From Lingula anatina (Eukaryota; Animalia; Brachiopoda), in assembly GCA_051362555.1 (NCBI GenBank), contig CM120647.1, forward strand, positions 6,200,001-6,264,000: DNA of 64,000 bases, in the 5' to 3' direction. Each line of letters starts with the position of its first letter. The first letter of the stretch is position 1. A program made the translations under genes and the position numbers. Below are positions 12,933-24,357 of this stretch, one piece after another. The notes under the pieces are model-generated. The model searched no databases. It was given only the letters and a program-made list of their open reading frames with translations, and had not been told where the DNA came from.

Positions 12933-13281
12933 AGGGATAACAACTGTTCATTTTGGCCAAATAAAAAAGGATTTTCCTACGTAAGCGGCAAATTTCCTGA
13001 TAGTTCACGAATGTATTCTGACATTTTAAGTCAGTCCCTGTTTTTATTTTCTAAAAATCTTTTATTTTTTTCTTTTTTTTTTTTTGTAATATTCTCTTAA
13101 GAGATTATCACAGAGGGTAGCCATCTGTGGATGTCATGTGGTCCAATGGCAAGCACAAATTTCAGAATAATTGCAGTAACTGCCATTTTGGTTGAGAAAT
13201 GGAATTTATTATATTTCTCTGAGCTGTTTTCAATGTTTTTTATTGTGTAATATGGATCTCATATGAACAGTTGTTATCCCT
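12933..13281 (+). mobile_element. Non-autonomous Kolobok-like DNA transposon, copy 2
   Basis: TTAA|AGGGATAACAACTGTTCAT ... ATGAACAGTTGTTATCCCT|TTAA; internal sequence colinear with 2415-2751. Confidence 0.8.
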
Positions 13282-14099
13282 TTAAACCTTTTAAGACTTG
13301 AAGACTTGTCTGGGTGTTTACTTGGTGTATATTGCTACATCTGGGACCCCAAGGTTTGCTTGTTTATAGATTCATGTCTGGACTTAGCCAGAACAAGGTT
13401 TACAGTCATGAGGGAATTTTTTTTCTTTTCTTTTTTTTTTTCTATTTTTTCTTTTGTTTCACTTCCAACTGTGCCAAGATTTGCCAATGTTTGTTAAGCA
13501 TCGATAAGAGCAGTAGAAGTAATGCCTGATGATTGCAGTGCATTTTGGCAGAAATGAGGATTTGTTTTTTTTCGAAGTTTGTTGATATCGCTGTTTCTGA
13601 TGTAGGTCAGTTCTGTCATACTACATTTGAACCAGTCATGTTTTTTTTAATCCTCTGGATAAATTCATCAACTTTCAGTTTGGAGGCGGCTAGTGCGTGT
13701 GTGGAAATGTCAAATAACTTCTCTTGAATCATTAAAAAAAAAAAAAACCCAATGCCCTTGAGGAATAATTGTATCAGGAAGTGAATTGAGGAATTTTTTC
13801 AGTCAAATAGTCAACAATCAGTATTCTGTATTTTTTTCTTCTTTTTTATCTATTGTAATTTATTTATATAAAAAAGTGGTCTGTTTTCTTATGTTTGTTT
13901 AAACAATTTCTTTAAAAAAATTTCTTTACATTTATAAAGAGACATTTATTTATATAAAGAAGTAGTGTGGCTTCTATTCTTTTGTTTGTTTAAACAGTTT
14001 AAAAAAAAATTTATACATTTTATAAATGGACAACAGCGCCATCTTTATTCCGTATTTTTGACTACAAAGCAATGTCATCATCTCAATTCAATCTTTCAG

Positions 14100-14403
14100 A
14101 CGATGAAGAAAAGGTACTTTGTAGTCAGAGAAGAAAGTCCTAGTGGTCCTGCCAGACTCGAATACTATGATAACGAGAAAAAGTTCAAAAGTGGCCATGC
14201 CATACCCAAGAAAGTGGTGGACTTTTACGAGTGTTTCAACATCAACAAAAAACACGATTCCAAACACAAGCACGCCATTGCCCTCTATACTGGAAGTGAC
14301 TGCTTTTCGCTGGTTTTTGAGAATGAGAAAGAACAAGAGGAGTGGTTAGCGCTGTTTTTAGAACTGCAGGGCATTGATGAAAATTCTACCAAGCAGCATT
14401 TTG
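14100..14403 (+). CDS. IRS: IRS coding exon 2: remainder of the PH domain and linker
   Basis: Acceptor tctttcAG|ACG at 14099/14100. Translation TMKKRYFVVREESPSGPARLEYYDNEKKFKSGHAIPKKVVDFYECFNINKKHDSKHKHAIALYTGSDCFSLVFENEKEQEEWLALFLELQGIDENSTKQHF carries IRS PH hallmarks (PARLEYY.NEKK, CFNINK..DSKHK..ALYT, EQ..W). Donor TTTG|GTGAGT at 14404, phase 1. Confidence 0.96.
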
Positions 14404-14489
14404 GTGAGTCTTCCTTGTAATGTTTGCCTGGTGTTGGTTGTTTTATGTCATGTTGTGTGGATATATATTTATATTTATATTTATATATA

Positions 14490-14884
14490 CAATGGCGGAT
14501 CCAGCATTGGGGGGGGGGGGGGAGGGGGGGGGTCTCGATAGTCCGAAGGTTCATTGGTCTGAAAAATGGTAGCATTTTCATCAGTTTTTTAATCAAGGGT
14601 TCGTTGGTCTGTAGGGAAAATTCGGACCAGTGAATCTGTGGACTATTGCTACTGCCCCGGTGCACACAAGTGTTAAATAATGGGCCCAATTTTACAATTA
14701 TAATATTATAAAATTATAATGCTTAGAACACAGGGATGGAAACATTTTCTGGTATCATTTTGCTTACTTATTTTATTTAATCATTTACTTTTTAATTTTT
14801 TTGTTGGGAAGAGGGGGGGGTATCTCGGAAAGTTGGGGGGATGGAAGCTCATGCCTGTTGTAACTTTGCCCGGATCTGCCTTTG
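14490..14884. mobile_element. Decayed hAT-like MITE hosting the 14525 insertion
   Basis: Termini CAATGGCGGATCCAG ... CCGGATCTGCCTTTG form imperfect inverted repeats with G-rich subtermini; no clear TSD. Confidence 0.45.
14525..14659 (-). mobile_element. Second, older copy of the GGGG-ended foldback MITE (inverted)
   Basis: GGGGTCTCGATAGTCCGAAGGTTCATTGGTC...CATTTTCATCAGTTTTTTAATCAAGGGTTC...GGACTATTGCTACTGCCCC is the reverse complement of 6682-6855. Confidence 0.75.
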
Positions 14885-16641
14885 TGACATTGTTATAAAA
14901 CTGAATTTTATCAAATTTTCATCATTTCTGAGATTGGTCAAATGTTGAACCAGGTGTTATTTCTTTTTCTTGATATTTTGTATAATTTACACATGAAAGT
15001 CTTCCAGAGATTTGATTGTTGTATTTATGCCACCACATAATATAGATCCCAATTGTTTGCATTTTCAGGATTATTATAAAGTTTTGCTTATATCTCTCAG
15101 TCTGATAATTGTTTTTGTGTGTGTGTGCGTGTGTGTGAATTTTAAAATTATTTGTGGGTGATCAGCGTTACTGTTTTCAATAGTGTCACTGGAAAATGAT
15201 TATTAAACTGGAATAAAAAGACCTGGTTAAAAAGATGAATGAATAAATAAATAGACAAAGGAATGAGTAAACATTTGGAAGTAGATAAATAAAATGCATA
15301 GTTGAATAAGATGAATAAACATGGACGTGGACAAATATTATAGGTAAATATAGAGATTGATCAAATTTAAGACATATTTAAAAAAGCAGTGTGTGGTATG
15401 ACACAAAATATGTAAATACAGTTGCTGACTGTGACAATACATAACAAATGATAGTACTTCAGATTCTATCACTCATCGTGGCCCTTTTAGAATTGTTTTT
15501 TTTCTATTTATCCTTGATCAAACTTGGAGATTAAACTTAGATGGGTTTTCTTATTGGTTTTAGCAAGAAATGGATGATATTAATGCTATTTATTGTTAAG
15601 TTGTGGCTTTAGTCCTGGGAATACTCGGGTTAGTTGAGGCAATAAGCAGGTGCTACTATATCCAGACGTTCTTGTGGCAAAGATTAATTTTCCTAGAAAA
15701 CTCACCACTTTTCCCTTAATTTCCAAGGAATTTCCTGCTGTAAAGTGTTGGCAACATTTTGATCCTATAAACAAATTATCAAATATTAAATTGAGATGTT
15801 TTTACATTTAGTACTGAAATTCACCAGTTTCTCTCCCTGTCATGCCAGTCCTGTACTAATAATGATAATTAAAAAAAAAATTAAAGCTAGAAATTAAAAA
15901 TGGCTTTAGGAAGTGCAATTTCATGTACTGTTTTGGATAGGGTATTACGTGATGATTATGGAAAATTGTGAAATTGGTAAGAAAATTTTCATTGTTATTT
16001 ATTATTATTATTAGTGGTAGTAGTATTTGTATAGAAAGTTCTAACTCTTGCAACGTTCGTTGTGGAATTATTTTATAGAGTTATACTGTCTGAGATTGGG
16101 AACAGCTTAATCTGACAAACATTGCTCATTTTGTGGTCTTCAAATGATGAGAAGCAACAGCAAAATACAAATGCCACGTGAACCAAAAGAAAAATAGCGT
16201 TTTGGGGCCTGGAATAATGGGGGTTTTGTTGTGCAAGTTTTTTTTATGAGTTATGCAATGCTGATTATTTAAGGAGGTTAGAATTCAGGTAAAAATGTTT
16301 ACCCCACTTACAAATGAATATGTTTTTATACATACCTGTGGCATGTTATTTTATTTATTTATTTTTTTGACTGTGAACTAGTTTCTAGATAAAAACTGCA
16401 ATAACAACTATGGTGGGAGAAACTAGGACGGAAAAACAGACTTATTTTCTATTCCATATTTTCAAGATTGATATTTAAGTTCTTAAAAAACATGGTAATT
16501 ATTAAGAAATCGCAAAGTAGGTATTGTAAATAAATTTTCTTTTTGCAGCACAATTGTTTTTAAAAATAATTTGGATAAACATTTATACCAAAATTGGTTC
16601 AGGTATATGAGAAATGTGAGCAGAGAATTTTTGGGGTTTAA

Positions 16642-16880
16642 AGGGATCATAACAACTGTTTGTATGAGACTCATATTTACAATAAATGCATTGTAAACAA
16701 CTCATAGAAATATAATAAATTCCTTTTTACCACCAAAACAGCAGTTAAGGCAATTTTTCTGGAGTCTATACTTGCCAAGGATGGCCTTACCTAATCTCCT
16801 AAGAGATTATAACGAAAAATTTCAAACTTTCTTAGAAAAAAAAAAAAAAAAAAAAACATGGACTCGAAAATGGTCAGATT
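16642..16880 (-). mobile_element. Kolobok-like element, copy 3 (inverted, truncated)
   Basis: TTAA|AGGGATCATAACAACTGTTTGTATGAGA...AACAACTCATAGAAATATAATAAATTCC is the reverse complement of the 3' part of copies 1 and 2; the other end is not recognisable. Confidence 0.65.
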
Positions 16881-18569
16881 TTAAATAAATAATAAAATAA
16901 TAAAAATGAAAGAGAGGTTGCTGTACTTGTGGTATTTTTTTCCTCAAATGCACCATGGGGCAGTCAAAACAACACAAAGATGGGAAAAGGCAAATGCAGA
17001 TTATTTTATTTCCGAACATCTGCTCCGATACCTTAAAAACAGGAAGTACTTTGTGGTCTGCGGGTCTGATAAAATCTTTCATGAACGTCTGCTCGGTTTG
17101 TTTGCACATTTGGAAGGTCGGCTGCTATCTTTGGCAGTGGAAACATAAGCTTGGTTTTAGACCATCATCAATCCGTATTTTATTGGAAACCACAGTTTAT
17201 TAATCAAGTGAAGAGTACTCCGATTCTTTGTTTGCTAGGAAACCACCAAGAAATCATCTTAATGACAAACCACGGAGTTCTTTGTTTTCCTGTAACCACA
17301 CTTATCAAATCCAAGCTGGTGCTTTCCGTTCTTTGTTTTCTGACAACCACAGATCTGATGCATGATGCCTGCTCAAAGGGTTGACGCCAACCGCCCAGAA
17401 AATGGACGGAATCACTTTGTTATTGTTCGTTCAGAATTGCATTTGCTAGGTGGGGTATTTTAACCCCCTACCCTACAAACAAATCTCTTAATCTGATGAA
17501 CATATTTAGGATTTAGTACTGGGATTTTAATCTGTGTTGAGCTATTGAAATAGGCGGAATTTCTCTTGACTGTTCTCAGAAATTTTGTTTTCAAGTCAGC
17601 CTTTTCTGTGATTTGTATCAATTTATAAGTGAACAAATGCCATTTCATTCAGATGATATATCATAATTTTTGACAATTAAAGCCACTGCTGAAAATTTGA
17701 GATGGGCTAGCCTTTTTTTTTGAAAACTAAGAAAAATTTATCGCTTTTTTGTAGTGGTAGATTTAAACCAATACATTGTCTCTTTCAACTCAAACTAGAT
17801 ATGCAGTAGTTCATGATCATTGAAATAGAGAAACTATTTGCCTAAAACAATAGCCATCTCTTTCTAAAAAAAAAAAAAGAAAAAAAAATTAGGTAGTTAC
17901 TTATTTATCTTATGTCAAAATGGACTAAAATTTTGATCTTAAAGTTAAGACCAATTTTGGGGGCCAGATATTTTTTTATGAATCAATCCACAATGTTGAT
18001 GTCGCTGATGTCGCAGAAAATAGACCCATTAGCGGTTGTTTACAACTTCTCAACCAGACGCTTAATATGGGGCCACGTTGGGTCATAGCGGGTGATTAAG
18101 GAGCCTTAAGTCTGACGAGAAATCCTATTTCATTTTCCAGACATTTCTGTGTCCCTGAATGATATGAATCCTGCCTTGGGCATGTTCACAATACAGACAG
18201 ATAAATTGTTTCTAAATTGGTCTCGATGACAAGGAATTTTTTTTTTGAAGAGAGCATTGCTGATAAGGCGATTTTCTATAGAGGATGAAACTCATTTTTG
18301 TCTTTTTTTTTTTGTCTTCTTTCTTTTCTTTCAGACTTTGATTCAGTGTGGCTGTATTAATGCTCTGTGTGTGTGTGTGTGTTTCTGTGCGCGCGCACAT
18401 GAGAGAGAGAGAGAGAGAGAGAGATTATTCATTTATTAAAACTACACGAAGCATGACAGAATATATTTTTAAAAAATAACGATGTAGACAGAAAACCCCA
18501 TCCTTGTCCTACTAGCCATATGTGTCAACAAGTACAACAGATGGTGACTACAAATTAACCTGGCTAGAT

Positions 18570-18810
18570 AGGCAGTTTTCACAAAACAATTTCAGTTCGA
18601 AAATCAGTCCAAACTTCGGTCTACTTCTGACCTTAGATAAATCAGTAATAGTCCAGTTTTAAGAAGTGTTTGTGCTTTTTTTATAAAAATAAAGTCTTGG
18701 ACTATGTTTGAGACAATTACTTACTTTATTTAAGCGGACTGATATAGATTTATCTAGAATGAAAGTTTGGACCTATTTTCGGTCCGAAGTTACTTTGTGT
18801 AACTTGGCCC
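18570..18810. mobile_element. Decayed Harbinger-like foldback MITE
   Basis: GGCAGTTTTCACAAAACAATTTCAGTTCGAAAATCAGTCCAAACTT versus AAGTTTGGACCTATTTTCGGTCCGAAGTTACTTTGTGTAACTTGGCCC. Confidence 0.55.
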
Positions 18811-19354
18811 TGATTTTCATTCATAAGTGTGGTCTGCACTTTAAGCACCCTCCCTTCCTTATATAAATAACCAAGAAAGGGGGTACAGAAAGTTCATATA
18901 TTTTTTTGACATTTTTTGCATATTTCTTGGACTTTTAATAGATGTAGATAGTGTCTGCACTGTTGGAGATAATTTCGGGGGATCTAAATAGCGAAATATA
19001 TGTGGACCAGGATATACAAATTGTTTGTCACCTATAAAAGTTATGAAAAGGAATTGCGTATATATTGGCTCACTACTTTAAACAGGAGAGATTATCAGAA
19101 AGACTTTAAACAGTGGACCAATGTATTTATAGATTGAATGTTTTTGTTTTTCTCACTCTTTCGACTTAATTTGATATATTATTGTAGAGCTTCTTAGTGC
19201 CATAATTACTTACTAGTAATGTTTTCAAATCCCTGACTATTTCTATAATTTTGTTTTTACAAAAAATCTTTTTTCAAACCCTCCCTAAAGATTACTTCTC
19301 AAGATGAAGCCTATCAACATTTTAATTTAATTACAAACAAAACATTTCTTGAAA

Positions 19355-19622
19355 ATTAAATTAATTCATTTTGTTCAAATTTAATGAGCATTTATCATAC
19401 CTTAGAAAAACTTGATGCTCTAAAAGTGACCATTTTTTGTGGAATGGAAATTAATTAATATATTTTGTTCACATTTGATGATTAGTTACCATTTCTCAAA
19501 TAAACTTTACGCTCTAACAGTGACCATTTTTATGTGAAAATTAATTAACTCATACTGTTCAAATTTAATGAGTATTTACCATACATTGAAAATACTTTTG
19601 TGCTCTGTAAAAGTGACCATAT
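19355..19622 (+). repeat. Diverged tandem repeat, ~90-bp unit x3
   Basis: AAATTAATT...TGTTCA(A/C)ATTT(A/G)ATGA...GCTCT..AGTGACCAT occurs three times. Confidence 0.7.
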
Positions 19623-20723
19623 TTTCAAGTACCCCTGTAAGATGGCAATCTCCTCTTGTAACAGCTTGAAGTGTGTCTTTGACCCCTGACCCCTGACCCC
19701 TGACCTCGTCTAGCCACAACTATTTGTTTGTGTCCCGCTCAGTACACTGTTGAAATAAGATAACTTGCGCAGCAGTGTAATTTATAGACCTACTTTTGGG
19801 TTGAGTTTCCAGGGTTGTTGGAGGTGAAGAATTCTAAGGGGGGGGGGGGGGGCACTGGGATTTCAGCATGGGATAGAGTTTTTGTTGGTGTGATACTAAG
19901 TACAATGGGACAAAAAAAAAAAAAAAAAAAAAGAAGAAGCAGTGGTGAAACAATAGATAAAGTGGGTTTATATTGAGGTCCCTGCTTAATATCAGTTTAT
20001 ATGAGGCAAGGAACTGAAAATCTGAGAGCCTTGGGCAAGGGGGGGGGATCATTGGCATCTTTGCATAAAGCAAAGCAGTCATCAGTGTCTAATTTAGTAC
20101 AATGGAGAAACAGAAACTATGGTGGCCTTGAGGTTCTTAGTTGTAAGGAGGCGAGAAACAAAGTGAGATAGAATGCAACTTATTAAAGTATTGGCAGTCA
20201 AGACGGGGGAGAAAGTGTTTATGAGTATTTTAGGTCAGACGGGTTTGTTTTCGTGTTGTTGACCTTATGTGATTGCCTGCTCAAGTCAGTGCATGCGTCC
20301 GTTTTAAAAAAAATGTCAACAAGACCTTTAGCAGATAGAATTCTCACAGGAGGATTTTGACTGGAATTGCCATTCTGTTTATTGGGTTACTCAATCTGCA
20401 TTGCCCTTTTGAGGGTAGAATATTTTCAATGATTTCCTGAATTCTGCATTAAATGTTTCAGTGTATCTATAGTAAAGCCTTTGAATATGTATGGCTGCAA
20501 AAGCATGTCCTTACCAGGACCCCCCTCACTCCCCCCCCCCCCCCCCCCTAGACTCCCAAATTTCTCCTTAGGTAATTTGCTTTATTTCACTCGCAAGAAG
20601 AAATAATACTATAATGATGATAATTTATACAACTATTATATAATTGATGCATTAGAAATTGTGATATGAAATTTGAATAATTAACAGTAAATCTATGTCC
20701 CTAAAAGGAATTTAGTGTTTGTG

Positions 20724-20768
<45 letters not shown>

Positions 20769-22193
20769 ATATATGAGTGACAGCCAGTCATATTTCAGCA
20801 TTGTGTTTGTATTGTTTATTTTTGAAATCTAAACAAAAATGGCATTCTAATATTGTTAAAATACAAGGTCAATAAATCACTACCAAATTAATTTATAATT
20901 ATTGGTTAAGAATAAACCTTGAAATCAGTGAAGGGATAAAAAAACATGCAGATAGCAGCAGTGCATTCATTCTGAAAAATCTCAGTTGTTGGCCAGACGG
21001 AGTTTAGCTGCCCGTGGAACTAGTGAATGAATCGTTCTAAGCAGGTGGAATGAGGTTTTTGTGGTCTGGGGTTGTCCAGGGGGGATCTCCAAAGAGGAAG
21101 ATGGCCATAATTTATTTTTATCCAGTATTTTTCCCTTCAGGGTTTGAATTTTGCACAGCAGACCTCATTTTAAAAAAAAATTTCATGATTGGTTTTAATC
21201 AATTTTTAATGATTTTATTTATTTTTTATTATGTTTCGCTTGGCAAAATAGAACAAACACAAAAATTACGAAAGTTCCTCTGACAAATTTTTACTACATG
21301 CAGGAGTCGAACTATTTCTGACCAAGACGTTTATAAAACGACCTCATTTATATAACATTGGACTCTTTTTCCAGCTTTAGTATAGAACCAAATTTTTTAT
21401 ATGGTTCTCCAAGATATTTTTATTCAAGTATCCCCTCCCCCCTCCCCCCTCCCCCCCTGTACACTTTAAAAAAATTTTGCACCTGCCTTAATGTCACCCC
21501 CTACCCTTACCCAAACCCCTCTTGTACACCCCCCTTGTTAAGCAGAATAAGTTCTATTGCATGTAATTTGCCACCTCTTCATGCTGTATATCCACAGTAC
21601 CAGCTTCTCTCAGGTGACTGTGGGCCGTGTGGCGTGTTGTTGTTCTACCTGATCCGTCTGTAGACTAAACTGTGCTGCTGTGATAAAATCTTCCGACTCC
21701 GGGCCGACCCAGTCTGCTCTTCTAGTGCTTTCGCGATGTTTCATTTGCGATGAGGGGAAAAAAAAACAAGACCTTTCGGAACAGCCTACTGTAGACAAAA
21801 ATGATGGCACAGTACTAGCTGCGTAAATATGTTGTAAATCTACTCGTGTGACAATAGAAGTAGACATCCGATACCAGAAGTGATTATTTTAGAAAACGGA
21901 TCAAGTCTTCAATAGCCAGTGAACCATATTGACCACGTGAGAATCAGAAACAACAAACAACCTCTTCAATAACAGAGGACTCTCCATTTGGACATTACAT
22001 CCAGTGAACTGCTCGGGTCAGATGTATTCCATTACTATACCCTCCTAAGTGTTTATTTCTCAGTTTAGCACCTCTAAAAGTGCCCTGAGGAGTTGGACTC
22101 ATTGACTGCTTTTGGTGACCTTATTTTGTCTGGAAAGTGGCAGCCGTCCATTTCCGCTGCTGTGGGGTCTGTTTCTCGTGGATTTGACCTCCA

Positions 22194-22269
22194 ATGGATG
22201 TTTTTATGGGAGGGAGGAAGAAGCTGCGACGTTCGTTTAGTTATCCCAGCGCCTGTTATACTATACAAG
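22194..22269 (+). CDS. Candidate alternative first coding exon of IRS, 25 codons + 1 nt
   Basis: ccaATGg start (second in-frame ATG at 22206); MDVFMGGRKKLRRSFSYPSACYTIQ; ends CAAG|GTATTG (phase 1). Preceded by ~600 bp of GC-richer unique sequence and followed by low-complexity TTG/ATT-rich DNA. Confidence 0.4.
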
Positions 22270-23315
22270 GTATTGTTATTGCATTGTTATTGTTATTGTT
22301 AGTGTTGGGTCTGGTATTGTTATTGCACTGTCATTGGTTCTCTCCTGCTGTTCTCTACAAAGATATAATGTTATTCTAGTGTTATTGTCATTGTTACTGT
22401 TGGTGTACTATACAAGGTATTATTGCATTGTTATTGTCATTGTTTTCTGTCTTGCCTGGCATTGTTATTGTACTGTCATTGTCTTTGTTCTGCTTTTTTT
22501 TAAAAAAAAAAGGTATTGTCATCATAGTGTTGTTGCCATTGTTACTGCTATAATTTGATAAAATCTTTCCTGGAAAACAAATTTAAACAATTTTAAACAA
22601 GTAAATAGTAGTAAAGAGATTGAAAACGGTGACACATTTTATTTCACTTTTAAAAACAAGATTGCGAGATAAAAAATACCCCCCCCCAAAAAAAAAAATC
22701 TTTGATTTATATATATTATATATATATTAAGTGATGTTTAGGCAAGAAAACATAATTAAAGAATGATAAGTATATATAGATATATAAAATGAATATATTT
22801 TAATCACCCGAGCATGATAGTCCTCGACTTTTTAGCGACTGGTTGTGTCTGAGGTCACGTCCTCAAAACGTATTAAAAAAACATCCTCTGCTGCTTTATA
22901 TATATTTATATACAGAATGCGATGAGGGCATTTGTAAAAGGCCAGATGAAATGTATTACCTTACTTGGTTCGCAGGGTTTTTTATACCTCCACCATGAAG
23001 TTTTTTTCCCCTTTGTTGGTTTGATACTCAGCGTAACTAAAAAAATTCTTGATGGATTTTTATGTATATAAAAAAATAGGATAGGTCAGAAAATAGGCTT
23101 ATTTAGAATTGTTTAGATTATTATTGTGTTCCATTTATTAACTTATACCTGTTGTTTTATTGATAAGGAAGATTGGGTTTTTGTGTACAGAAGTCTACGC
23201 TCTTTTTTTTTTTTACGTTAAATAATGAACTGAAATCTGCTTATGTGGAAAGACATTGAATTACATTTAATGTGACAGTGTGTATATTTTATGCATTGAA
23301 TCACAAGTAATATAA

Positions 23316-23360
<45 letters not shown>

Positions 23361-24172
23361 TGCATCAGTTCGTTCATGTATGTGTGTGCATGTTTAAAAT
23401 AAAGATATTGAAATATTGAAATAAAAAAGATGTTTTTTATAACAGGAGATTTTATGAAGCTTGGTTTTAGTTCCTACCAAAAGTACTGTTTTGAAGTTTT
23501 TACTTCCTATTTAACATTTTTTTCCTCCAGACAAACATAATGATTAAAATGTAATTAATCTATTTTAAGCTACCACTTATTTTGTTTTATTTATTTGCAA
23601 AACATTTTAACATGTCGGGAACATTCCCCAGTGGGTGGTGGTTGGGATGTTTGTTTTCAAATTTAACAACGGTAATTATTTTTACATTTGCTATGATGTG
23701 TGAAGAATATCTTTGTTTTTTTTTTTTTTTTTTTTACAGAGACAGATATGATATTGAGTATATTGATTTAGTGGGTGGTGGGTGGGATGCTTGTTTTTGG
23801 AATTTCGCAACAGCAATTTTTTTAAACAATTGGTCTGACAACGTGTAAAAGAGAGCCTAAAAAGTTTGTTTTTATTTACGGAGACAAATTTGATCTTGAG
23901 TATTTTGTTTTTATGATCAAAATTTTGCAGAATCATGGAAAATTAGGAATAGGTTGTCCTATGTCACTGGACAAAAATACCTAGCATTTCTGCATGAATT
24001 TTTAAGAACTTCAACCTGGAAAAGTTGGGTTAATAATTCATTTGAAAAAGCAGCAGAGGTGTTTGAATTTCCAATGCACCGGTTGAAATATGTAACAGAA
24101 ACATTTTGTAAAAGTAATCATGTGCTATCATCATACTGGGAGACACATTAATTTTGTCCTACTTTTTTGTAA

Positions 24173-24357
24173 GACCCCATTCCCATACCTAGATCGATCT
24201 AGCAGAATCAGTCCATCTCCAAGGAGATTCTCGCTAAATTGCTTAAGCGGCTTACATGTCTGGCTTGGAGCTTTAAGCTTGAAAGCTGAAAACAACTTAG
24301 CTAGAATCCCCTTGGAGATGGACCGATCCCGCTAGATCTAGGTATGGGAATGGGCTC
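24173..24357. mobile_element. Harbinger/Tourist-like MITE (internally deleted relative of B)
   Basis: TAA|GACCCCATTCCCATACCTAGATC ... GATCTAGGTATGGGAATGGGCTC|TAA: 23-bp TIR with one mismatch and a TAA TSD. Confidence 0.85.

Larger units (their letters stand above)
924..14099 (+). other. IRS intron 1 (~13.2 kb, phase 0)
   Basis: GT at 924 and AG at 14098-14099; the join gives continuous ...GYLRKLK|TMKKRYFVV, as expected for an IRS PH domain. Confidence 0.88.

Noticed and set aside
13965-14099. N-terminal part of the 151-aa ORF in the track (MWLLFF...)
   Set aside because: Intronic sequence upstream of the acceptor at 14099; the true N-terminus is exon 1.
22950-23130. Segment resembling a decayed Helentron/DINE-like interspersed repeat
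   Set aside because: Too degenerate to define its ends, and no second copy in the window.
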